Shown: positions 54,784 to 64,000 of the stretch, piece after piece
Numbering within the stretch: position 1 is the stretch's first letter
Layout of the letters: each line of letters begins with the position of its first letter
IMG/VR virus record: IMGVR_UViG_2595698834_000001
Span: 32,001-96,000 of that record
Reading direction: 5' to 3' (one strand)
Origin: a virus
Taxonomy: Duplodnaviria > Caudoviricetes
DNA length: 64,000 nt
Notes under the pieces: generated by a model
The model's input: only the letters and a program-made list of their open reading frames with translations
Database searches by the model: none
What the model was told of the DNA's origin: nothing
Program-made: the position numbers and the translations under genes

Positions 54784-55521
54784 TCATGTTACTAAGTCAT
54801 TGAAACTATTTAGTAGGACGACTGTCCCTTGATCTGCGGATACAATAAAATCGAAAGCATCCTCTAGTGTGATAGATGAAACTTTAAACTCTGCCGCATA
54901 GGTATTACCAATAATGCGGCGCCTAACCAACTTACAAGTTGTAACCCTTGTGTCTGTTCGAAGTGCCCGCTCGATCTCAATATCAATTAGAGAAGCATTC
55001 TCCTCGGTATTCTTTTTACCGAGATATAGATGAAGTCTTGAACCGTATAAAGGATGACCTATGTAACTTCCTTGCGGTGTGATCAGTCTCACAAATAATG
55101 ATTGCTTTAAATTATCTACTCCTCGTACAGTAGCTATTCCACCTTTATTGTCTCCCTTAAGTTCTAGTATTTCTGCGTCCTGCCCGGGGTCGGTCATGCC
55201 TTTAGGGAGCGGCAAGATATTTAGGTCCTTTCCTAAAGCCAATGCATACAGCTCGTCTTGGCTATACTCCGAACTACGCTTTAGCTCCTGTATAAGGGTA
55301 GACTGTACGTCATCATCTACTCGCATCAGGATTGTGTCACCTATAGTCACTAGATGATCCGGATTCTCCATCTTTTCTTTCAGTGTGTCAACGATGTAAG
55401 GGTATCTTAGGTCATTAAAAGAGACTAGCTCCGTCCACAAGGACATATCACCTAGTTTCTCTTGGGCAATAGCTTGCATGGTGTCTCCATCCCTTACGAT
55501 ATGTTCAACGAATTTTGACAC
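54784..55521 (-). CDS. baseplate wedge protein (LysM-like N-terminus plus gp25-like domain)
   Basis: HIVRDGDTMQAIA; GVDNLKQSL..RL.T..G....HP.YGS; DTRV. Confidence 0.85.
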   Translation of the reverse strand: MSKFVEHIVRDGDTMQAIAQEKLGDMSLWTELVSFNDLRYPYIVDTLKEKMENPDHLVTIGDTILMRVDDDVQSTLIQELKRSSEYSQDELYALALGKDLNILPLPKGMTDPGQDAEILELKGDNKGGIATVRGVDNLKQSLFVRLITPQGSYIGHPLYGSRLHLYLGKKNTEENASLIDIEIERALRTDTRVTTCKLVRRRIIGNTYAAEFKVSSITLEDAFDFIVSADQGTVVLLNSFNDLVT

Positions 55522-56024
55522 TATCTACGCCCCCTTTCGTTTAGTATTACGTCGATCTGATTTTCTAAGTACCCAAAGGAAATGTTCATGTCTCGGAGAA
55601 CTTCGATTAGCCCGTAATACTTCTGTTCAGTACTGAGAAAGTCAGTAATGAAATTTAAGTTTGTTCGTGCTTTTCGGATGTCTGAGTGTGACACGTACTG
55701 TAGGTTTCGGAACTCGCTGTCTATTGTGTAAAGAAGTGAGAAGGCTTCTAGTACAGTTGCCCGCAGCAGCATGTAAATATCCGGAGCATAAGAACCTAGA
55801 TCACTATCTAGCGCTTTGTAGACAACTGTCTCCGGTTCAAGCTCTTCAGCCTCTACTTCTATTTTACCACTTTTGAGCTCAGACTGGACAAGTCGTGCTA
55901 CAGTGGACAATGAATATACGGGTTCGTACAGTTCTGATTGGAACTTAGGGGATACAGGAATAGTTCCGTCATTCAGTGTAGGTATATTAGATACGAACCT
56001 AATTAAGTCTTCAGCGTATGCCAT
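55521..56024 (-). CDS. hypothetical structural-module protein
   Basis: 167-aa ORF coupled to both neighbours. Confidence 0.8.
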   Translation of the reverse strand: MAYAEDLIRFVSNIPTLNDGTIPVSPKFQSELYEPVYSLSTVARLVQSELKSGKIEVEAEELEPETVVYKALDSDLGSYAPDIYMLLRATVLEAFSLLYTIDSEFRNLQYVSHSDIRKARTNLNFITDFLSTEQKYYGLIEVLRDMNISFGYLENQIDVILNERGRR

Positions 56025-56797
56025 TACTTCTTCCTCCTTAAGTAGTAACCAATGGAGTAACCTAGACCACCCATCCCATATGTGTAGGACGTAGAGGAGG
56101 GTGCTTGTGGGTTTACTGCATCGTTACCCGGTGTTGTCGACATAGGAGAGTTATTAGAAGTTCCCTGTGACTGGTTAACAACACCGCTGTTATAGATTTT
56201 ATCGTTTCCTGAAGTCGGGTCGTACGGATTGGCTTTGTCTACGTCATAAGGGCTTCGTTTACCTTCTTTACCTTTTGGCAGTGACGGGAACCTGTTACCG
56301 ATTTCCGGGGAGAGCCTCTCCTCGTCAGAAGGTTCATTAGCTTCTCGTAGAATTACAAACTTGATGTCGTATCTGTAGGTAAGCGGAGAACTAACGTCTT
56401 GTGTGTAAGTAACCCCTTCAGGAGATAAATGGACTACGTAGCTCTCGTCATTAGTGAAATCATGGAAGAAAAGATCGCTAGCTGACTTGTTCCCGTTTCC
56501 TCCGAGACGAGCGTAGTAAATTAAATAGTCTTTCATTTCTTTAATTTTATTAATACCTCGATCTGATGTTTTACCTGTTGGGTTAAATCCTGTGGTTCCG
56601 CCAATCGTCACAGTCGGGATGTCATCTTGAAAGTCCTCTATAACGATTCTACTCTTCGTTTTTACGGCTGTTGCTCTATGGGGTCTGCTATAGACGATAC
56701 TTTCAGGGTTCACAGCGAATCTATAAAATTTGTTCCCTAGTTGGAACGCTATTTTCCTTAAATTAGTTTTGCCATCTGACATGGTCATCTTAATCAC
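56024..56797 (-). CDS. putative baseplate hub / tail tube initiator-like protein
   Basis: FAVNPES..TIGGTTG..YRYDIKF pattern and position in the module. Confidence 0.7.
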   Translation of the reverse strand: MIKMTMSDGKTNLRKIAFQLGNKFYRFAVNPESIVYSRPHRATAVKTKSRIVIEDFQDDIPTVTIGGTTGFNPTGKTSDRGINKIKEMKDYLIYYARLGGNGNKSASDLFFHDFTNDESYVVHLSPEGVTYTQDVSSPLTYRYDIKFVILREANEPSDEERLSPEIGNRFPSLPKGKEGKRSPYDVDKANPYDPTSGNDKIYNSGVVNQSQGTSNNSPMSTTPGNDAVNPQAPSSTSYTYGMGGLGYSIGYYLRRKK

Positions 56798-56805
56798 CTC
56801 ATTCT

Positions 56806-56815
56806 TAATATAAGA
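56806..56815 (-). promoter_or_regulatory. putative late promoter -10 element TCTTATATTA
   Basis: Variant of TGTTATATTA between a terminator hairpin and a baseplate gene RBS. Confidence 0.5.
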
Positions 56816-56876
56816 AAAGACGGGAAGAATCCCGTCCTACTTAAATGGTTTATTCGGTTGTTCCTTTAGAAGCTAC

Positions 56877-57158
56877 TTAGGCTCCACCCTCAAGGGCGTC
56901 TCTTTCTTCCTTCGTAAGAGCAGCCTCCGGAAGACCAATATCGATTAGCATCTGCTTAGTAAGCGGTCTTTGAGCTACAGGTACTTTATCAAAGTCCCAG
57001 TTTCCTAGGAGGATAAAACCGACGTTAATTCGAATAATCGGAGGGTATTTCGCACGAATAGCGTCGTACTCTTCCATAGTTATTGGAAGTCTATATCCTG
57101 CCCCCATAGTAGTTACCGTTTGTTCTTCGATTACCTTGTTGCTTAGTATATTCTTCAT
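56877..57158 (-). CDS. small XkdX-like or hypothetical protein after the fibre genes
   Basis: 93-aa ORF with AAGGGAG RBS. Confidence 0.65.
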   Translation of the reverse strand: MKNILSNKVIEEQTVTTMGAGYRLPITMEEYDAIRAKYPPIIRINVGFILLGNWDFDKVPVAQRPLTKQMLIDIGLPEAALTKEERDALEGGA

Positions 57159-57204
57159 TATAAGTAGTTGCTCCCTTCAAATTATGATCTCGTTAATGTA
57201 GGTC

Positions 57205-57657
57205 TTAGGCTTCCTCCTCTATCGGAACTTCACCGCCGCCGTCGTTAGCTGGAGGATCATCGAGAGGGTTTTTACCTAACTCAGAGAGAAGCTCAGAGAT
57301 AAGGACTATGTAGTCTTCGTTCATTTTCGAAAGCATTTCGACCTTTTCTTTCAAACCTGCGGTCTCATCATCCTTTTCCTTAAATATTTTCTCGATGTTC
57401 TTAAGGATTTCTTGTCGTCTTTTCTCTGCTTCTTGCCTTTTTTTCTCTTCCTCTAAGTCTTTCTCCCATCTACTGTTATCATAGATTAATTCGTCGTTAT
57501 CGAGTCTATATTTTCCGGGACTTCTAAAGAAAGGATGGTCTTCTTCTATTTCGTATGGAATTGTTCCCGGTGCATCTGAACTTGACCACCCGTCCACATA
57601 AAGTACCCCTTCTGTTTCTGTTCTGATGCACCATAAATAAATTTTTCTTTTTGCCAT
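57205..57657 (-). CDS. putative tail fibre assembly chaperone
   Basis: Follows a fibre gene; N-terminal globular part plus coiled coil; start reassigned to MAKRKIY. Confidence 0.6.
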   Translation of the reverse strand: MAKRKIYLWCIRTETEGVLYVDGWSSSDAPGTIPYEIEEDHPFFRSPGKYRLDNDELIYDNSRWEKDLEEEKKRQEAEKRRQEILKNIEKIFKEKDDETAGLKEKVEMLSKMNEDYIVLISELLSELGKNPLDDPPANDGGGEVPIEEEA

Positions 57658-57685
57658 TAAAATCATCCCTTCGTATATGTATAGT

Positions 57686-60088
57686 TTACCAAGTGTACAC
57701 GTACCGTAAAACGGACGTGTTGTTGGGTGATACACTATTCTGATTGTGACCGACTATTGTCGTATCTGTTACGTAGATATATTTAAAAACAGGCTGTATT
57801 TTATCTACACCTCCAGCACCCGTGGTAGGGTCGGCGCCTAGGGATTGAACCATACCTCCTGCTGTCAGGTTGCTAAATCTTTTGGGTACATAGATGAAGT
57901 TCCAAAAAGAATTGTAAGGTTCTCCTCTGTCGTACCTACTCCAAACCATAATCCACCCGTTAGGGCATTTTGAGATTGCCCTACTAGGGGTTATTGTCTG
58001 CCTGGCGTGCATGTACTGATACCCTGACCATAACTCTTCAAGCCCTTGGCGATCGGTGAATACTACGTTGTCGTTTAAGTACCCTACACCGTCCATCACC
58101 CTATTCCAGTCGTAGTCTGCGACGTTAGCACTGTTCTCAGGCGTACCTGTTTTAGCCCACATTAGCCCTTCTCCTCTTACGTTGGCAGGGTCATTAAAAT
58201 ATAGACCGTTCAACCCTGTAACATCAGAGTTGTTTAGGAACATCGCCCCTGAGCCTTCGGTAGCTCCTGCGTAAATGTTCTGCCCGAACTCTACTGTGCC
58301 GTTAATCTTAATTGAGTATTCTTTGGAAGGGAAATCAAAAAATCCAACAGCTTTTAAGTCCGGGTCAAAGAACTGTATGGGTCTACCAGCAGAAATCACG
58401 TAGTCTTTTGTGACTGTAGATAATTGATCAACGGCTTCAATTTGAAGATTGAAAGTCATTAGTTCGCTCAAAGTTATAGTTTGTTCTACAGTGTAAACAG
58501 TTGGTCCTCCTGTTTTAAGCAAGTTCCACCACTGACCCCATGCAGATGCACTAGCTAACTTCCACCTAAATTTTAAAGATTTAAGGGAGTTTTTGTTGGT
58601 AGATCCTACATTTAGCGGTTTGAGCGTTACAGTTTTTGCTAAGTTTGTCGCTGCCTCAAACCCGTTATTGCGTGTCACCGACACCGAGATGTTAGGATTT
58701 GAGTACGGTACTATAGTGACTGCTCGGGTAACAGATGTAGAAAACCCTCGACTGTCAGTTGCTTTGATTGTAATGTTAGTATTAGACGGAGATGAAACTG
58801 TTCCGAAAGATATTACTACGTCAGAAGTCGAGTAGTTCTCTGTTTTCGTTACTCCGTTGACAGTTACCGAGTACGTTTTCATGACGGCGCTATTTTGTGC
58901 TGTAGCGCTAGAGGACGATGGTATGGTTACCTGTAAGTTTGACTTGTTTTGAACGATTACCTGATCGTTGGTGGTAATAGCAGTTGTGATCGTATTTACG
59001 TCCTTATAGGTCACACCATTTGCTGTGAACACTGGTTTGTTTGTGCTTGGGTTCGCTACATATGTAAAAGTCTTGTTTGTTGGTATACCTACTTGCGTAT
59101 TTCCGTAATACGCCGTTACTCGAATGTTGGCACTATTTGAAGAAGACTGCCCTAGCTGTGAATAGATAGAGCTTTGTTCGGAAGCTGATGGGGTCCATGA
59201 AGTGCTTGTGCCTACTCCTGTAATCGTCTTTCGGTAGTTTCCTGTACTAATCTCAACAGTGTGTGTAAAGCTGCTGTTAGACCTGTTAAGTCCAATTGTG
59301 AACGTCTGATCTACATACACATTAGTAGCTGATCCACCTTGACCGTTCGTAGAACTTACCGAAGTTAAGCTAGGTATCGTACACGTCCCGTTGTAAGTCG
59401 TAGTTCCTACTCTGCTGCTACCACTATAGGTGTTTACATTCCACCTAACATCAGCCGATGTTCTTCCATCTAGTTGCTTAAAAATATTCTCGAACTCAGT
59501 GCTCGTAAAACTAGTAGACTTAGAGGTCTGTGATGTGGACAAATCAACTCTTGTGATGTTGACCCATGACCCGCTTCGATTCTTGATGTCTAAGTATACA
59601 GTGTGACTGAACGTTGAAGATGCTCGGTTCACTGTGACGGTTCTGTTGCTACCTGCTGTTAATGATGCGCTTGAACTCATTGTTGAAGCTCTTGGGATAG
59701 TTGGCAAGCTAAACGTTTTAGCAGATATAGTAATACGGGTCCTCATTACTCCTTGTAATGTGACTTGAGGGCTGAATTCTCCGCTAATTCGTACACTACC
59801 TGACCCATTGCCGCTATGCTTAACTGTTTTAGACTTTGTAGCAAGAAGCTTCTTTTGGTTAGGGTTTAACGATGGAGTAGCGCTAAAGCTGTAGTCTGTC
59901 CCATCAATAGTTATTTTCCCACTACGGGTCATAGACGAGTTCACCCTGCCGTACCCATTTAAGGCTTCCCAGTAAATCTTCGCAGTAACCGTACTTGAGT
60001 TGTTAGACACGTTCTGTGTCGCAGTCCACGATACAGAAAGCCTCCAGTGCGAACCTACGTTAGTGTAAATAGTTCCTGATCCTGCCAT
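57686..60088 (-). CDS. tail fibre / receptor-binding protein (DUF859-like N-terminus)
   Basis: WTATQNVSNNSSTVTA..LPTIPRAS..FSHTV; Ser/Thr-rich beta repeats; C-terminal LWSG..M...QTITPS..ISKCPNGW..VWS. Confidence 0.75.
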   Translation of the reverse strand: MAGSGTIYTNVGSHWRLSVSWTATQNVSNNSSTVTAKIYWEALNGYGRVNSSMTRSGKITIDGTDYSFSATPSLNPNQKKLLATKSKTVKHSGNGSGSVRISGEFSPQVTLQGVMRTRITISAKTFSLPTIPRASTMSSSASLTAGSNRTVTVNRASSTFSHTVYLDIKNRSGSWVNITRVDLSTSQTSKSTSFTSTEFENIFKQLDGRTSADVRWNVNTYSGSSRVGTTTYNGTCTIPSLTSVSSTNGQGGSATNVYVDQTFTIGLNRSNSSFTHTVEISTGNYRKTITGVGTSTSWTPSASEQSSIYSQLGQSSSNSANIRVTAYYGNTQVGIPTNKTFTYVANPSTNKPVFTANGVTYKDVNTITTAITTNDQVIVQNKSNLQVTIPSSSSATAQNSAVMKTYSVTVNGVTKTENYSTSDVVISFGTVSSPSNTNITIKATDSRGFSTSVTRAVTIVPYSNPNISVSVTRNNGFEAATNLAKTVTLKPLNVGSTNKNSLKSLKFRWKLASASAWGQWWNLLKTGGPTVYTVEQTITLSELMTFNLQIEAVDQLSTVTKDYVISAGRPIQFFDPDLKAVGFFDFPSKEYSIKINGTVEFGQNIYAGATEGSGAMFLNNSDVTGLNGLYFNDPANVRGEGLMWAKTGTPENSANVADYDWNRVMDGVGYLNDNVVFTDRQGLEELWSGYQYMHARQTITPSRAISKCPNGWIMVWSRYDRGEPYNSFWNFIYVPKRFSNLTAGGMVQSLGADPTTGAGGVDKIQPVFKYIYVTDTTIVGHNQNSVSPNNTSVLRYVYTW

Positions 60089-60167
60089 TTTCGTCCTCCT
60101 TTATACATCAGCCACCCTTGTCGTCTCATCTATATTATATCAATAATGGACAGGGCGGACTAATGGT

Positions 60168-63100
60168 TTATTCTATGTTTGGTACAACTGCCCAGCCGTT
60201 GCGAACAGAAGAGGTAATATTCAAAATTTTTACTCTACCCATTGTTATTTCGTCCTTAGCTCGTAACTTTTTGGTTACAGTTTCTTCCCCATTTAAGTAA
60301 AATATCTTTTCAAAGTTTCCTGTACCGTCCGGGTCGTAGAATCCTGCAAACTCTGTAGGCGTGATAGCGGTATACCCAATCTCATTTCTGTCAGCATCTA
60401 GCTGCGAAACACGAATACCCTGTAAGTTCATTCTAACATAAGTGTTATAAACTTCCCCAGTTGCTAGTGACCATTTAAGAGGAATGTCTCCGATTGTTAG
60501 CATAATACCAGTTAAAGTAGCGTCTACATCGTTAGACCCAATGAACCGAACTGTAATGTTGTCAGTTGTAGGGGTGAACGTAATATATTCAGATTCATAC
60601 CCGGAGGTTATAAGGGATGAGTTATCCGCTATCTGCGTTTTAATGACGCCATCTTCTAAAATCTGCACCCAAAATCGACCTCTACTTGAATTTCCTGTTG
60701 TACGTTTATTTAGGTACCACGATAAAGTGTAAGGCTGCCCCTCTATTACAGATACATTTTGGTTTACTCCTTGGTACAACCCGTCAGGCTTAAACACAAA
60801 ACCACTACCAAACCCTAAAGAGTCAAGCTCTAGTGTGCTAATGGTCGAAACTGTCGAAGCATTGCCGGGGTATGTTAGTGTCCAAAAGTCTAAACCGGAG
60901 AACCCTATACTGTTTTTAATAAGGTTCATTCCGCCTGCTGCGCTAAACTTGGCGGTGATGTCATTAGCTGTCTGATCAAGTTGTGACTGGGTAACATACG
61001 GCGAGAAGTCGATGCTGTCAAACGTGTCTTTTATCTTTTTATCAACATCGTTAGTTAGATCGTCTATTTTGTCGTTAGTAGCGTAGTTTCCTAGATCGTC
61101 TGTGTTGGCTTTACTCGCTAGGGCGAGTTGGTACGATACTGAACTTGTTACAGTATTAACGATAGCGTCGTCTGTTATGGACTGCTCAGCTTCAGATATC
61201 CTCCGTTGTAGTATCGGAATAATATACTTTAGGTTGTCTGTTATTGTGGCAAGGTTTAAGGCGTACTTTATGTAACCACTCTGTATAGTTGGGGTACCTA
61301 GAGGGTACTTTAATTCAATGTTATTTACTCCTGTCTTTAAGCCTAAGACACCATCAAACGGAACAGAGACTTGGACTAGTGTAGCTAAACAGTACAGTAT
61401 TTGGTACATGTTAACTGAGAACTCGGATATAGCAAAAGAATTTCCAGAAGGTACTGTTGTAACGGACCTAGCAAGGTCGGTGTCTTTTAATGGGTGCCAA
61501 GTTTTAGTACCTGTTTCGTTATAGTTACTTCCGAATGTTCCGTCACACATCTTCCACCCGAGGAAATATGCTTTCATTTCTTCCGGAGAAGGACTGTAGT
61601 TCTCTCCCCACCCAGTATCACTGTCTGCAACGGATATATATAAATCACCGTCACTGTTTAACTGGGCTTGGTCTACTGTAGTAATTTCGGTTGTTGTTGT
61701 CAACAGCTCTCCCGTAGACTTAACTCCTGTTACAGTGGCTCCGATAACGTCGGAACCGAATGACCGAGAAACTAGACTCTTAAACCCGTCCTTGTCGACT
61801 GCAAGCCCCCACTCGTAGGAGTCGTCAATTAGTATGTCTTCCCATCTTTTTTCTTTTGTTAACTCTCCAGTAGTTTCCCATTTGACCCTGTCGTAGTAAT
61901 CTCCTTGCCCGTAGAACTTACCATACATGGTTAGTGCGCCCTCTCCTAAGAACGAAGGGTTTGTAACAGGCACTATTCTGTTTCCGTTCGAAACCCATTC
62001 ATTAGGCGGGTTAGCGGGGTCTATTCCGTTAGCGACCCACCCATCAACGTGACTTCCGTGGAATTCAGGAAGACCTACACTTGCAATAGGTGAGTTTATC
62101 ACCACAATATTTGAAGATGAAGTAATAGGAGCCGTCTCAAACTCTCCCGCTTTACTTACTGCTTGAATTGCGTCTCTTACTGCTCCTTCTCCGACTTGAT
62201 CCGCATATTGCTGCTGTCTCTTCTGTATCTCGGTGTTTAGTAAATGGTACCGAAGTTTGTAGTTGTTCCAAGCGTCATCCCACGTAGCCGAGTCAATTGT
62301 AAGACTACTAGCGGTGTCAATATCCCATGGTTTCGGTGTTAAATCTCCGAGGTATGTTCTCAGTGCAGAGTACGCATTACCGAAGTTTACGAAAAACTCG
62401 TTGATACTAGATACTCCGATATCACTGGCAGCCTTTCGAATAGCGTAAGCTTGACCTAGTTGACTTGCGTCAATTTCTTCTAGGGTCGGCATACTCTCAT
62501 TGGACTCAAGGAACCTTCCTACGATATTTGCGATCTCAGCCCTTACAACGCTTCTCTCATACCGTGTGAGCTTGCTATCAGAGTCTAGGTCTGTTACCCC
62601 GTTGTAAGCATCCTTAACTTGCTGATCTGCGTTAGGATCAAGCTGCGCTAAGTTCAGGGGACCTGTTTGCTCCCATTCTCCTGTTGCCTCTCTGAAGATG
62701 TAGAATTTGAATGGTTCTTGAGACGTATTAACCCATATCATCCCGTCTGTAGGGTTTTCCGGTGGAGTTGGTGAAGTAGCAATGTCGTTCAAGTTTACAA
62801 GTGTCTTTTGTCCTGAAGAGATGATTCGTCCTTGGACTGCCTTTTTGCTCACGTCGACAATAAGGTTACTCGTTCCTTTTACATCCGCAGAAGGGACAGT
62901 TACTTTATCTCCGGTAACCGATGTATACTTTTTGACCAGCTCTCCATCAGACTTGTAGAGTGCCCACGCAAAGTTAAAGTCACTAGTAGGGATGATTGTA
63001 CCGTTTTGAGTTAGCTGTGCTGTAAACTCCACAGACCCTACTCCGTTTTTGTAAACAGATGATCCGAGAATGTCCGCCATAATAGGGTCTTGGAAGTCTC

Positions 63101-63923
63101 GTGCGATAACCACACCCGAATATTTAATTCCGGTTGTAGGTGCCGTAGCGATACAGCGGAATCCTTTTACTCCGTCAATTGCACTCGCAGGTACTGAGAT
63201 CTTTGAAGTTGTGTACCCAGTGACATCGTGGTTGTTTGTATCAGTTAGCAGCTCCCACCCGTCTCCACCATCCGCATCTCCTAGATTTTCCGAGGTCGCA
63301 TCAGCATTTTGAATGTACCACTTAAACGCAGTAGGTGTTACTTTATCCGACCCTTTGTACATGTCTGCTTGTATCTCTACTCGACCTGCACTGTTTCGGA
63401 TCGTGTCGCCTTTAGGAGTCCAGAGATTGATGAAGTAAGCATCCACACCTGAAATACCGCTGTCTACTTTAATTACTTCGAAACTAGCCTTGACGATAAT
63501 GTCGAAGTTTGTTAGTGTCTCTGTATATGTAACAACGCAAGTGAAAATCTGATTTGTTTGGTTAGCAAGGTTAGACTTAATGACAAGCGTTTTAGTTACA
63601 GTTGTTGCCGGGTCAGCAGTTAATGAGTATGCTAGCCCGCTAGGTGTTGTTCCAGCATCCGTTTCAGCTAACGGGGTATCTGTTTGAGTCCCTTCGTACC
63701 ATTTGAGTGACTTTACATTAGCAGAAGGAAGAAGGTTTGTACCATCTCCTCCTGAAACGTAGAGCTCCGGTGTGATTCTTAAGTTATTATTTGTGAAGTT
63801 AGGCGTGTAGGTTCCTTTGTTCGGGTCGAATATTTGAGTACGTACATTACCGTTTAGGTATAGCACGTACTGTTTCGCATCATTCAGGTTTGTTAGCGTT
63901 ATCTGCCCTGCGGTTAATGCCAT
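60168..63923 (-). CDS. large tail fibre / carbohydrate-binding structural protein
   Basis: GQITLTNLND, PPENPTDGMIWVNTS and GGMNLIKNS (CBM-like); 1251 aa. Confidence 0.8.
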   Translation of the reverse strand: MALTAGQITLTNLNDAKQYVLYLNGNVRTQIFDPNKGTYTPNFTNNNLRITPELYVSGGDGTNLLPSANVKSLKWYEGTQTDTPLAETDAGTTPSGLAYSLTADPATTVTKTLVIKSNLANQTNQIFTCVVTYTETLTNFDIIVKASFEVIKVDSGISGVDAYFINLWTPKGDTIRNSAGRVEIQADMYKGSDKVTPTAFKWYIQNADATSENLGDADGGDGWELLTDTNNHDVTGYTTSKISVPASAIDGVKGFRCIATAPTTGIKYSGVVIARDFQDPIMADILGSSVYKNGVGSVEFTAQLTQNGTIIPTSDFNFAWALYKSDGELVKKYTSVTGDKVTVPSADVKGTSNLIVDVSKKAVQGRIISSGQKTLVNLNDIATSPTPPENPTDGMIWVNTSQEPFKFYIFREATGEWEQTGPLNLAQLDPNADQQVKDAYNGVTDLDSDSKLTRYERSVVRAEIANIVGRFLESNESMPTLEEIDASQLGQAYAIRKAASDIGVSSINEFFVNFGNAYSALRTYLGDLTPKPWDIDTASSLTIDSATWDDAWNNYKLRYHLLNTEIQKRQQQYADQVGEGAVRDAIQAVSKAGEFETAPITSSSNIVVINSPIASVGLPEFHGSHVDGWVANGIDPANPPNEWVSNGNRIVPVTNPSFLGEGALTMYGKFYGQGDYYDRVKWETTGELTKEKRWEDILIDDSYEWGLAVDKDGFKSLVSRSFGSDVIGATVTGVKSTGELLTTTTEITTVDQAQLNSDGDLYISVADSDTGWGENYSPSPEEMKAYFLGWKMCDGTFGSNYNETGTKTWHPLKDTDLARSVTTVPSGNSFAISEFSVNMYQILYCLATLVQVSVPFDGVLGLKTGVNNIELKYPLGTPTIQSGYIKYALNLATITDNLKYIIPILQRRISEAEQSITDDAIVNTVTSSVSYQLALASKANTDDLGNYATNDKIDDLTNDVDKKIKDTFDSIDFSPYVTQSQLDQTANDITAKFSAAGGMNLIKNSIGFSGLDFWTLTYPGNASTVSTISTLELDSLGFGSGFVFKPDGLYQGVNQNVSVIEGQPYTLSWYLNKRTTGNSSRGRFWVQILEDGVIKTQIADNSSLITSGYESEYITFTPTTDNITVRFIGSNDVDATLTGIMLTIGDIPLKWSLATGEVYNTYVRMNLQGIRVSQLDADRNEIGYTAITPTEFAGFYDPDGTGNFEKIFYLNGEETVTKKLRAKDEITMGRVKILNITSSVRNGWAVVPNIE

Positions 63924-63936
63924 TTAAGTCTCCTCC

Positions 63937-64000
63937 TTATTGATCTTGAATCTCACAGTTAAACGTAGCACGAGCCCTTACATCGGCTGCGGTGATTACT
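63937..64000 (-). CDS. C-terminal end of an upstream tail protein (partial)
   Basis: ...VITAADVRARATFNCEIQDQ*, with the stop overlapping the next RBS. Confidence 0.65.
   Translation of the reverse strand, partial: VITAADVRARATFNCEIQDQ

Noticed and set aside
18-63312. All plus-strand ORFs in the six-frame track
   Set aside because: They are short antisense shadows of well-supported minus-strand genes and show no recognisable motifs.
1-64000. tRNA, rRNA, CRISPR array, integrase, reverse transcriptase or hypermodified-base pathway
   Set aside because: No supporting sequence or protein motif was seen by eye; covariance-model searches were not possible.

Overview
This is a 64-kb segment of a large SPO1/Twort-like myovirus genome (Herelleviridae, most like the Bastillevirinae that infect Bacillus). 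This assignment is inferred from gene content and order; no database search was run. Every credible gene is on the minus strand. In transcription order (right to left) the window holds: tail fibre and baseplate genes; an intein-bearing SF2 helicase; an HTH/Rep-like protein; DnaB-like helicase; SbcD and SbcC; primase; dUTPase; a resolvase; an accessory island; nrdI-nrdE-nrdF; HU-like protein; family A DNA polymerase; SSB; RecA; a phage sigma factor; holin; phosphoesterases; many small genes; and two tandem sporulation-type sigma genes. There are three self-splicing elements: group I introns with HNH-type ORFs in polA and nrdE, and a LAGLIDADG intein in the helicase. The most notable observations are: (1) a tandem island of three HicA-fold-like basic paralogs interleaved with three paralogs of a second family; (2) a 66-nt module that is 59/66 identical between the two otherwise different introns; (3) an nrdE-intron endonuclease whose Shine-Dalgarno and start codon lie inside the ribozyme P5/P4 core; (4) a gene whose sensible reading needs a -1 shift at A_AAA_AAC followed by a hairpin; and (5) several apparently degenerate enzymes (DHH/DHHA1, dUTPase, the UDG domain of Pol).
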